Under the pieces are notes generated by a model that saw only the letters and a program-made list of their open reading frames with translations, searched no databases and was not told where the DNA came from. This document shows, piece after piece, positions 46,266 through 55,254 of a DNA stretch of 64,000 bases (position 1 is its first letter; each line of letters starts with the position of its first letter). Location of the stretch: the NCBI GenBank assembly GCA_031261985.1, contig JAISIR010000010.1, positions 26,049 through 90,048 on the forward strand, given 5' to 3'. The translations under genes and the position numbers were made by a program. This DNA comes from Clostridiales bacterium. GTDB lineage: Bacteria > Bacillota > Clostridia > Monoglobales > WRBX01.

Positions 46266-46370
46266 CTTCAAATTCTCCTCGAATTTGACGACAGTTTTGC
46301 AAGTTTTGACGACAGTTTGTGTAAATCGTCCTTGCATTGATACACTAAAAACCGCATATTTCCAGCATTT

Positions 46371-46446
<76 letters not shown>

Positions 46447-46634
46447 CTTAAAACCGCTATATTACCGGCTAAAATTTTACTTGTTTTTAATTTATTCCGC
46501 CACAATTAAATTTCACCTGTGAAGGTTTTGTTGTTTTTTTACATTCTTGCCAATTATTTGTCATTTAGTAAGCATATAAATCCAAATTTTCATAATTATC
46601 GTTTAATATTTTCCAAAATGCAGCTGCAATGCTT

Positions 46635-48092
46635 CTAACTCTCTTTCGACTCATTTAATATTTTTTCTATATCGGATTTTACTCCACCAGATAAATCTCT
46701 TGAATCACCAATTTTGTGACATTTAAAACCATTAAGGTCAAAAGGAGGTTTATCGTTTTCTTCTTTAGGTTGGTAATAAAACACCATTTTCCCTAAACCC
46801 ACATTTTTTAATGCGTAGCCGACCTCAACCATAACATTATGACGAGCTCCAGTTAAATCTGCAACAAAAATGTCGCAATCTGATATTTCTCTATACATAA
46901 CACTTCTAATATCAAATGTTCCGCCTTCTTCCGTTCCCATATCTATGGGGACTAGGTTTAATTCGTTCGCTATTTCTTTCATTTGGTTTATTCTGTGATT
47001 TGCTTGTGATAATTCTGGTTCGCTTGTAGGATACCAACGGGCAATGAACATTTTCTTAGGGGCGTTTTCATAAATCTTATCATATATACTAATGATATCA
47101 TCAGTCTTTAGATTCGTTGCCTCCGAAATATGATTTTTTGCTATCCATTTAATAAAGTGTGAATATTTTTCCCAATTCACAATTTTATAATAAACCAATG
47201 ACTCAATTATGTAAACATTATTACTCTTAGCTACTATTCCGTTTTCACGAATTACATTTTCGATATCAACCAGTGTTTCTTTTATAGTTTGAACGGCGTT
47301 CTCTGGGGCAAGTTTCTCTATATCTAATAAGCGTCTAAATAAATTTAGGAAGAAAGAATACCTTTTTTCATAAATGAATTCTTTAATTTTAGGGAATACA
47401 TCAAAATTCACCTTTCTATCCCCTATTAGAATATCACGAGTGAATTTATAGCACAATCCAAAAGAAGGGTCTTCAAGAAGATTATCATCGGAAAAGGTGT
47501 TAAACCCTTCTATAATTGTTTTAATATTAAGTTCTAATTCAAGTGGAATTTGTTTAGAATTAATATTATGGAATATAGCTCTTGAATGTCTTTCAAGTTC
47601 AGTATTTGTAGGAAACAATATAATACAAAACGGTATGAGCATATCTGGGTTTGCATAATCGGCTGCACTTAATCTATGATTTCCATCTATTCGTAAGATT
47701 TTTACTTTATCTTCTTCGAAATCAAGTTGTGCAATTTTTAACGGTTTGTTATCGCCGACTAATTTGTTATTTTGTTTATTAAAATTTACCGTTATGTCTC
47801 CAATATTAGTTGCCCTTGACCCTTTTTCGCGAGAATTAACAGCTTCCAAAAGCATTTCGAAAGGTTGAATATTTTCGTCTAAGTTAAAAGACATTGATAA
47901 AACCACTTCGGGGAAATACTTATAATCACCTTTTGTTAAAAAGTTGATCATTTCATTCGCATGTTCTCCCAATAAATCACGTTGAATATCGGGATTCACT
48001 TCAGATATTTCTGCCAATTCTTTAATGGTTGCTAAACCACGAAGGCAAAGATAATTATCCATAATTGTTGATAAAATGCCATTCATTTTCAT
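46635..48092 (-). CDS. fusion protein: N-terminal DGQHR/ParB-like (DndB-family-like) domain + C-terminal nucleoside 2-deoxyribosyltransferase-like (NDT/DNPH1/TIR-like) domain
   Basis: 485 aa. The N-terminal motifs are NPDIQRDL...YFPEVVLSM...LRIDGNHRLSA. The C-terminal motif is CDIFVADLTGARHNVMVEVGYAL..GLGKMVF. RBS AGGAGG; the start lies 15 nt after the hsdR stop. Family assignments are from memory. Confidence 0.6.
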   Translation of the reverse strand: MKMNGILSTIMDNYLCLRGLATIKELAEISEVNPDIQRDLLGEHANEMINFLTKGDYKYFPEVVLSMSFNLDENIQPFEMLLEAVNSREKGSRATNIGDITVNFNKQNNKLVGDNKPLKIAQLDFEEDKVKILRIDGNHRLSAADYANPDMLIPFCIILFPTNTELERHSRAIFHNINSKQIPLELELNIKTIIEGFNTFSDDNLLEDPSFGLCYKFTRDILIGDRKVNFDVFPKIKEFIYEKRYSFFLNLFRRLLDIEKLAPENAVQTIKETLVDIENVIRENGIVAKSNNVYIIESLVYYKIVNWEKYSHFIKWIAKNHISEATNLKTDDIISIYDKIYENAPKKMFIARWYPTSEPELSQANHRINQMKEIANELNLVPIDMGTEEGGTFDIRSVMYREISDCDIFVADLTGARHNVMVEVGYALKNVGLGKMVFYYQPKEENDKPPFDLNGFKCHKIGDSRDLSGGVKSDIEKILNESKES

Positions 48093-48107
48093 CTGTTATT
48101 CCTCCTT

Positions 48108-51100
48108 CTACACCAGCCCGAAGAACTTCTCAAAGAATATCGTTAGTTTTTCAATAACTGTTGTTTTCTTAACAGTTCTGTTATTCTCGCCAAATAGCGA
48201 TGTAGGCGGAAGGATTTTATCAATGCCTGTGCCTGTTGTTTTAAGCTCGCCTGCGCGGAATGAATTATCAATAAACTTGTGTGTTTCTTCTTTTTTTAGA
48301 TTTTCGAATTCAATAATTGCTCCTAAATCCTGTTCCTTTTGCTCTTTTACAAATTCCACCCATTCTGCCTCAACTTTTGTATTAATATTCATACGCTCAA
48401 TGAAATTTGTAATAAGCTCTTTTTTGCTACGAAGCTCTAAGCTTGAGCCGATAGCCTTGTCGATCGTTTCTAAAATTTCTTTATCCGTGCAATGACTATC
48501 GTGATATTTAGTAACAAGCATTAGAATATAGTCAATGTTTATATTAACCTGCTTGATAAGCTCCATTTCAAAGACAATATCGTCGTTTATTATCTCTTTT
48601 TTGGCATCAATATTCTTTCTGTATTTCTGATAAAGGTCGATGTATTTACCGTGATAATCTTGGAATTCACGTTCAGTTAAAATTTCATTGTCCTTGTAAT
48701 CATCGAACGACACGAGAATATTTCTAAGACGCAAAATAGCAGAATATAGCTCGATAAATTCTTTTTCACTTTCCTCGCCTATAATCTCGCCAAAATTTTT
48801 AAGGTCTTCTATAAGCTCCGAATATTTATCATAATAATGCTTAAAAGGTTTTAAAAGCACAATTCCTGCCGCATCTTTATCGCCAAATAGACTAATCGCC
48901 TCATTGGTTTCTTGTTCTAAATTACGAAAGCATACGATATTACCAAAGCGTTTGACGCTATTTAATATTCTATTGGTTCGTGAAAACGCTTGAAGTAGTT
49001 TGTGATATTTTAAGTTTTTATCAACCCAAATGGTGTTTAGCGTCGTTGCATCAAATCCCGTCAAAAACATATCTACAACAATCAAAAGGTCAATCTGACG
49101 GTTTTTCACTCGCATAGACAAATCTTTATAATAGTTTTGGAATTTATCGCTTGAAGTGTCGTAATTTGTATTGAACATTGCGTTATAATCAGCTATTGCA
49201 CCTTCTAGAAAATCACGGCTAACTTTGTCTAAACCTTCGGTCGTAAATTCTTCATCTGGCTCTTCTTCGTTGGCTGAGTAGCTAAATATTGTCGCAATTT
49301 TTAGGTTATGCTCGTGGTTTTTGAACTCGTTATAATACCTTTTCGCCATATCAATCGAACTTACAGCAAAGATAGAGTTAAATCCGTTGACGGTCTTTTC
49401 CTCTTTAATCTCATCAACTTCTTTTTTCTTATCTTCTGCCAGTTTCTCAATATTTGTTATAACTCTGTGTTGGAAATGCGAAAGATTTTGGTTGCGATAA
49501 GTTTTATCGTTGAAATTTTTTATAATGTACTCCACGGTATTGCTTATAAGCTGGTTATCGCTTAATACCGCTGCGGTGTCTATCGCACTCACTTTTTTAT
49601 CAATAATTCCGTCTTTTATTCTAAATCGCTCTATGTAATCAACTTTAAAGGGCAGAACATTGCCGTCGTTTATTGCGTTTACGATTGTGTAGGTGTGCAG
49701 CTTATCTCCGAAGGCTTGCTCGGTTGTTCTAAGCATTGGGTTGCCTGATGTGCTGCTATTGGGTGCAAAAATAGGAGTGCCTGTAAAACCGAATATGTGA
49801 TAATTCTTAAAATTCTTTGTTATTCTAAGGTGCATATCGCCAAATTGCGAGCGATGGCATTCATCGAATATCAAAACAATATGCTTCTTAAAAACCTCAT
49901 GTCCTTTGTTTCGTCCAATAAAAACATCAAGCTTTTGAATGGTTGTAACTATAATTCTGGTATCATCTGATAATTGTTTTTCAAGAACTTTTGTAGAAGT
50001 GTTGCCATTGGCTGCTCCTTTGCAAAAACGGTCGTATTCTTTCATTGTTTGGTAATCAAGGTCTTTTCTATCAACGACAAATAGCACCTTATCAATATAA
50101 TCAAGCCCTGTTGCAAGTTGAGCCGTCTTGAATGATGTCAGAGTTTTGCCCGAGCCTGTTGTATGCCAAATATAACCGCCAGCTTCGATGCCGCCCATTT
50201 TTTTATAATTGTTAGAACACTCAATGCGGTTTATAATCTTCTCAGTTGCGGCGATTTGATACGGACGCATAACCAAAAGTAGCTGCTCGCTTGTGAAAAC
50301 GCAATACTTCGTTAAAATATTTAGTATTGTGTGTTTAGCGAAAAAAGTTTTGGTAAAATCGACTAAATCGGTTATTAGTTTATTCTCGCCATCTGCCCAA
50401 TAGCTTGTGAATTCAAACGAATTGCTTGTTTTCTTGGAGCGTGACGCTCCACCCGTTTTGACTTCATAAACATGAGAAAATCTTGTTGTGTTGCTATAAT
50501 ATTTCGTGTGAGTTCCGTTGGATATAACGAAAATCTGAGCATACTCATACAGACCACAACCTGCCCAAAAGCTATCGCGCTGGTATCTATCAATTTGATT
50601 AAATGCTTCTTGAAGCGGCACGCCACGCTTTTTCAACTCAATATGCACAAGCGGCAAACCGTTGACGAGTATTGTTACATCATAACGATTATCATAAGTT
50701 CCAGAGTTTTCGTATTGGTTGATAATCTGCAAGTGGTTGTTATGTATGTTTTTCTTGTCTATTATAGAAATGTTTTTTGTTATTCCATTATCAAGGCGAA
50801 AAGCATATCTATAATCTTCTTGGACTTTGCGTGTTTTCTCAACAATTCCCTCATTTTTATTGATAAGGTATTCATTGCAAAAACGCTGCCACTCTCTATC
50901 ATAGAAAGTATAATCGTTTAACCGTTCAATTTGCTTCCGCAAGTTTGCAAGCAAATCAGCCTCGGAGGAAAGAGCAACAAAATCATAGCCTTGTATTCTA
51001 AGACGCTCAATAAAATCTTTTTCCAGCTCCGCCTCGCTTTGATAAGCCCCCGATTGCTTTTCAGTCGGGACATATTTTGCAACGACGGTGGACTCGTTTT

Positions 51101-51128
51101 GCTCGGCTATCATTTTGTAATCTTTCAC
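48108..51128 (-). CDS. hsdR: type I restriction enzyme R subunit, EcoR124I-like (type IC)
   Basis: 1006 aa. NRYDVTILVNGLPLVHIELKKRGV (nuclease/HSDR_N region), GSGKT, FDECHRSQ (DEAH box) and FSRTNR are present. The N-terminal region closely resembles my recollection of EcoR124I HsdR. The GTG start overlaps the hsdS stop; the exact start is uncertain. Confidence 0.92.
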   Translation of the reverse strand: MKDYKMIAEQNESTVVAKYVPTEKQSGAYQSEAELEKDFIERLRIQGYDFVALSSEADLLANLRKQIERLNDYTFYDREWQRFCNEYLINKNEGIVEKTRKVQEDYRYAFRLDNGITKNISIIDKKNIHNNHLQIINQYENSGTYDNRYDVTILVNGLPLVHIELKKRGVPLQEAFNQIDRYQRDSFWAGCGLYEYAQIFVISNGTHTKYYSNTTRFSHVYEVKTGGASRSKKTSNSFEFTSYWADGENKLITDLVDFTKTFFAKHTILNILTKYCVFTSEQLLLVMRPYQIAATEKIINRIECSNNYKKMGGIEAGGYIWHTTGSGKTLTSFKTAQLATGLDYIDKVLFVVDRKDLDYQTMKEYDRFCKGAANGNTSTKVLEKQLSDDTRIIVTTIQKLDVFIGRNKGHEVFKKHIVLIFDECHRSQFGDMHLRITKNFKNYHIFGFTGTPIFAPNSSTSGNPMLRTTEQAFGDKLHTYTIVNAINDGNVLPFKVDYIERFRIKDGIIDKKVSAIDTAAVLSDNQLISNTVEYIIKNFNDKTYRNQNLSHFQHRVITNIEKLAEDKKKEVDEIKEEKTVNGFNSIFAVSSIDMAKRYYNEFKNHEHNLKIATIFSYSANEEEPDEEFTTEGLDKVSRDFLEGAIADYNAMFNTNYDTSSDKFQNYYKDLSMRVKNRQIDLLIVVDMFLTGFDATTLNTIWVDKNLKYHKLLQAFSRTNRILNSVKRFGNIVCFRNLEQETNEAISLFGDKDAAGIVLLKPFKHYYDKYSELIEDLKNFGEIIGEESEKEFIELYSAILRLRNILVSFDDYKDNEILTEREFQDYHGKYIDLYQKYRKNIDAKKEIINDDIVFEMELIKQVNINIDYILMLVTKYHDSHCTDKEILETIDKAIGSSLELRSKKELITNFIERMNINTKVEAEWVEFVKEQKEQDLGAIIEFENLKKEETHKFIDNSFRAGELKTTGTGIDKILPPTSLFGENNRTVKKTTVIEKLTIFFEKFFGLV

Positions 51129-51726
51129 GCTGTTTTCAGCTCCTTAAAATCTAATAATTTGTTCCGATAGTATTCATATTGTTTTCGTCTTGCCTCAATT
51201 TCAGCAGGAAGCCCTTGGGTTATGTCAGTTGTCAGTGCGTCGAATTTATCGAGAATTTCGACAATACGCTCTTGGGTTGCAAGAGGAGGGATGGGTATTT
51301 GAAGTTCTCTAATAAACGACAAATTGGCTATAGCTAGTTTTCCGCCGCTTGTTAGTGCAATAAATTGAGGGAATAGAATTTGACAAGCATAAAACAAATA
51401 ATACTTATCCAATACTTTTTCGTTTTTCGGATATAATGCGGCGACATTTTGATTTGTTGCTGCTTCAAAGTTTAAAAAAGCTATTTTCCCAATTGTTGCT
51501 CCTACCATTGCTATTAGTGTTGTACCGATAGGAAGTATTTTCGCCGATGAATTACTTAGACCGCTTTCAGTAATATATTCAGTGACTTCATCTACATACT
51601 TTTGATTCTTGCAGACGGTTGAACCAAGCCATTTCACAGTGCCATTCTCCCAATATTCTGATACACCTCGTTTAGGAGTACCTCCAGCGCTTACGCAACA
51701 TACTTCCCCGAGGCTACTCCATAATA

Positions 51727-51734
51727 CCCCCCCC
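51727..51734 (-). repeat. G8 homopolymer (C8 on the plus strand) at the hsdS frameshift point
   Basis: Read directly: ataataCCCCCCCCgttttc. Confidence 0.95.
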
Positions 51735-51795
51735 GTTTTCCAGTTTTTGGAAATTCAAGAGAGAATTACGATAGTATTCATATTGTTTTTTCCGC

Positions 51796-51831
51796 GCTGT
51801 AAGCTCTGCTGTAAGCTCTGCTGTAAGCTCT
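51796..51831 (-). repeat. 3 perfect tandem copies of a 12-bp unit in the hsdS central conserved region (encodes TAEL repeats)
   Basis: gctgtaagctct x3 on the plus strand; it translates to [14 protein letters not shown]. Confidence 0.95.
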
Positions 51832-52374
51832 GTAAAATTGTCAAGTATCTTGACAATTTCTCTCTGAACGGCAAGGGGAGGCAGGGGGATTTTGATGTTT
51901 TCCCATTTTCCTTTACTTAACCCAAATCTAGTTAGACCTGTTGCGTTCATAAGAATTTGTTTTTGAAGCACATTGCTTTCAAACAAATAAGATAAGTAGA
52001 ATGGTGATAATTGTTCCTTGTTTTTAATTCTAACTCTCATTATATGATAACTATAAACTGCATTATCTATTGTTTGAGTAGCAACGGCAGAATGCCCAAT
52101 ATCGTCGATAGTTTCGGAAGTTGGTGTAATAAATACATCACCCTCTTCAATTGAGCAATTCTCAATTTTATTATCGCTCGCTGAAACCTCCATCGCAAGC
52201 GTTTCTGGCGTAATGTACATATTGCGATATACATCCATATAATTGAGAAGTTTAACCATTTTTTGGTCGGGAACTATCTTTTTGTCAACACCTGTATTTG
52301 CAATTTCGCAAACATCCACCAACTTAACATACTCCACCCCATTCGGGCAAAGATTCTGTATTAGCTCCGTTAGT

Positions 52375-53403
52375 TTATTCATCGTTCTCACCACCGTTCT
52401 TGCTTTTCAGTTGTTTAATAACCTTATCAAAGTCAGAAGTGATTTTCTGTGTCCTATTATATTCGGCATATTCCAAAAAAGCTTTTTCATCGGCTTGCTT
52501 TCTACTTATACGCCCATTGTCTTTGAGTATTTTATATTTGCGGAACTCTAAAAACTCGTTTATGCTAGTAGCGAACTCATCCATAGTGAAGGTATTTTCT
52601 CGTTCTATCAAATCTTCAATATAATCAAAATACCCAGAAACTGCACGTTCTAACTGACGGATTTGTTTTTCTTCCAAGTAGTTTTTGGCGATTTTTACAT
52701 CTTGTTTTAATATTCTGCCCTTCGGAGAATTTTCCCAAGTCTTAAGCCCCATATGCTCTTTATTTCTATCTGCATTCGCATATACAATTTCAGCACCCGT
52801 TTGCCCTGTTATAGCAAAATGGAATTTATTTTGAACGGTTGCATAAAACTTATCTGTAACCTCTGCATTTCTGTCATAGTCAATCGAACATTCTGCGAAT
52901 ATATCGGTTATTTGTTGCCATATACGCCGTTCACTTGCACGGATAGAGCGGACACGCTCTAAAAGCTCACGGAAGTAGTCTTTGCCGAAAAGCGTCTTGC
53001 CTTGTTTTAGCCTCTCGTCATCCATAGCAAAGCCTTTGGTCATATATTCTTTCAAAATGCCAGTTGCCCAAATTCTAAAATTTGTCGCACGCCGTGAATT
53101 GACACGATAGCCAACGGAAATAATAGCATCGAGATTGTAAAATTTAGTTCCGTGCGTCTGAGTCTTACCTACGATTGCACCGTGTTGAGTGGTTGTTTCC
53201 AAAATGGAAATAACCACTTTTTCTTGCAATTCGCCTTCCTCGAAAATGTTTTTTAAATGCTTGCTTATAGCAGGCGTTTGCACATCGAAAAGTTCAGCCA
53301 TTGCTCCTTGTGTGAGCCAAACGGTTTCATCTTTTACAACGGCGTTGATTGATACATCGCCCTCAGCTGAATTGTAAATTATAAATTGAAAATTATTTTC
53401 CAT
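52375..53403 (-). CDS. rhuM: RhuM-family protein embedded in the R-M operon
   Basis: The N-terminus [53 protein letters not shown] is typical of RhuM-family proteins (from memory). It overlaps the hsdS start. Confidence 0.8.
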   Translation of the reverse strand: MENNFQFIIYNSAEGDVSINAVVKDETVWLTQGAMAELFDVQTPAISKHLKNIFEEGELQEKVVISILETTTQHGAIVGKTQTHGTKFYNLDAIISVGYRVNSRRATNFRIWATGILKEYMTKGFAMDDERLKQGKTLFGKDYFRELLERVRSIRASERRIWQQITDIFAECSIDYDRNAEVTDKFYATVQNKFHFAITGQTGAEIVYANADRNKEHMGLKTWENSPKGRILKQDVKIAKNYLEEKQIRQLERAVSGYFDYIEDLIERENTFTMDEFATSINEFLEFRKYKILKDNGRISRKQADEKAFLEYAEYNRTQKITSDFDKVIKQLKSKNGGENDE

Positions 53404-53448
53404 ATTGCTCTCCTTTGCTATTAGGTCGAAACCCCCGAATTAAGTTTA

Positions 53449-55008
53449 TCACTCTATTTCCGCAATAATCTTGTCAATTTCAGCCCTCAAAACTTCCTCG
53501 CGAGCAACGATTTCGGCTATCTCTTTGTTAAGTTCTACAATATCTATAACTTCCCGAGTGTCCTTTTTTTCAACATAGCTTGACACGCTTAGCTTATAAT
53601 CTTTTTTGGCAATATCTTCGTTTTTAACGAGTTTTGCTATATATTCTACATCTTCACGGTTAGAAAAATAATTCACGATGTCGTTTATATCTTCTGGTCT
53701 AAGTTGATTAGAATTAGCAACTTTTTTACGCTTGTTGCTTGCGTCAATAAATAGCGTGCTGTTGTCTTTTTTATTCTTTTTCATAACCATAATACAAGTT
53801 TCTATACCTGTGCCGTAGAAAAGATTGTCAGGAAGCTGAATAACGCAATCAACATAGTTATTATCAATTAGATACTTACGGATTTTCTGCTCAGCTCCGC
53901 CACGGTAGAATATACCTGGGAAGCAAACAATTGCAGCAGTTCCGCTCGTTGCAAGCCAAGAAAGAGAGTGCATAATAAACGCCATATCAGCTTTTGATTT
54001 TGGTGCTAGTATTCCAGCAGGTGAAAAACGCTTGTCGTTTATCAAAATAGGGTTGCCGTCGCCCGCCCATTTGATAGAGTATGGAGGATTAGAAACAATC
54101 GCCTCGAAAGGCTCGTCATCCCAATGCTTAGGGTCGGTTAGAGTATCGCCGTGAGCAATGCTAAATTTATCATAATCAATATCGTGCAAGAACATATTAA
54201 TGCGACATAGGTTATAAGTTGTTATGTTTATCTCTTGCCCATAAAACCCTTGATGCACATTGTCTTTGCCTAAAATTTTAGCGAATTTAAGGAGTAGCGA
54301 ACCCGAACCACAAGCAGGGTCGTAGACTTTATTAACTTCCGTCTTGCCAACTAATGTAAGTTTCGTTAAAAGCTCGCTAACCTCTTGCGGAGTAAAGAAC
54401 TCGCCGCCACTTTTGCCAGCGTTAGAAGCATACATACTCATAAGATACTCATACGCATCGCCGAAAGCGTCAATTGTATTATCTTGAAAATCTCTTAGCC
54501 TTATGTTACCGATGCCGTCTAAAAGTTTAACAAGTCTTGCATTTCTTTGACTAACCGTTCCGCCAAGTTTGTTGGAGTTAGTGTCGACATCGTCAAACAA
54601 GCCTTTTAAGTTTAATTCGCTTTCGTTGCCTTGTGCTGAGCTTTCAATATTCTTAAAAATTTTTTCAAGAGTTTCGTTAAGGTTATCGTCGTTTTTAGCA
54701 ACTTTTAAGATGTTCTCAAAAAGCTCGCTAGGAAGGATGAAATACCCTTTTGTTTTAACTATTTCTTTTCGTGCAAATTTTGCTTGAGTATCAGGCATTT
54801 TAGCGTAATCAAAAGAGGTATTGCCAGTGGCGTGTTCGCCTTTATTTATGTATGAGGTTAGGTTTTCAGAGATATATCTATAAAATAATATACCAAGCAC
54901 ATATTGCTTAAAATCCCAACCGTCAACGCTGCCACGCAAATCGTCAGCTATCGCCCAAATCGCACGATGAAGTTCTTGCCTTTCTTGCACTTTCTTATTA
55001 TCTATCAT
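53449..55008 (-). CDS. hsdM: type I restriction-modification system methyltransferase subunit (N6-adenine)
   Basis: The HsdM N-terminal domain ([36 protein letters not shown]), SAM motif [12 protein letters not shown] and catalytic NPPY (SNPPYS) are present. The ATG at 55008 sits 6 nt after AAGGAGG. Confidence 0.95.
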   Translation of the reverse strand: MIDNKKVQERQELHRAIWAIADDLRGSVDGWDFKQYVLGILFYRYISENLTSYINKGEHATGNTSFDYAKMPDTQAKFARKEIVKTKGYFILPSELFENILKVAKNDDNLNETLEKIFKNIESSAQGNESELNLKGLFDDVDTNSNKLGGTVSQRNARLVKLLDGIGNIRLRDFQDNTIDAFGDAYEYLMSMYASNAGKSGGEFFTPQEVSELLTKLTLVGKTEVNKVYDPACGSGSLLLKFAKILGKDNVHQGFYGQEINITTYNLCRINMFLHDIDYDKFSIAHGDTLTDPKHWDDEPFEAIVSNPPYSIKWAGDGNPILINDKRFSPAGILAPKSKADMAFIMHSLSWLATSGTAAIVCFPGIFYRGGAEQKIRKYLIDNNYVDCVIQLPDNLFYGTGIETCIMVMKKNKKDNSTLFIDASNKRKKVANSNQLRPEDINDIVNYFSNREDVEYIAKLVKNEDIAKKDYKLSVSSYVEKKDTREVIDIVELNKEIAEIVAREEVLRAEIDKIIAEIE

Positions 55009-55060
55009 TGCCATCCTCCTTGAAAATCCAGCAATATTCCTCATTGTTTCAACTATGAAC

Positions 55061-55089
55061 ATTGTATCACAAGATTATTATTTAGTCAA
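55061..55089 (-). promoter_or_regulatory. sigma-A promoter for the hsdM-rhuM-hsdS-hsdR-(DGQHR fusion) operon
   Basis: On the minus strand: TTGACT, a 17-nt spacer, then TGaTACAAT (extended -10). Confidence 0.6.
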
Positions 55090-55199
55090 TAAGGAAGTTA
55101 AAGTCAAGCTGAAACTTTTATTTTGAAATTTCGGCGATTTTTTTATGCCTTTAAATCTTTAGTAAATACATTTTCTACACTAAAACTATGTAAAAAGTA

Positions 55200-55228
55200 T
55201 TGACTTCCTTCGACATTTTATATATACT
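55200..55228 (+). promoter_or_regulatory. sigma-A promoter
   Basis: TTGACT, a 17-nt spacer, then TATACT, about 27 nt upstream of the 55255 start. Confidence 0.5.
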
Positions 55229-55254
55229 AGAATTATTGAATGGAGGAATTATTA

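Larger units (their letters stand above)
51125..52382 (-). pseudogene. hsdS: type I specificity subunit, interrupted by a frameshift at a G8 tract (candidate phase-variable gene)
   Basis: The 5' ORF (to 51714) encodes TRD1 plus the central conserved region ...[43 protein letters not shown]. The other frame is open from 51754 and encodes ...LGEVCCVSAGGTPKRGVSEYWENGTVKWLGS... (TRD2) plus the distal conserved region ...[13 protein letters not shown]. Removing 1 nt from the G8 tract joins them. Confidence 0.85.

Noticed and set aside
48076-50921. Plus-strand ORFs (139, 85 and 149 aa) opposite hsdR.
   Set aside because: They are antisense to a gene with strong HsdR motifs. Their translations are hydrophobic and low-complexity, and no RBS was seen.
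55090-55254. A search for a direct repeat of the tRNA-Thr 3' end (attR) or any integrase remnant at the right border of the R-M island.
   Set aside because: No convincing match to GGTTCAAGTCCGCTAGGCAGCTCCA or sub-strings was found by eye. Only promoters for the divergent genes are evident.
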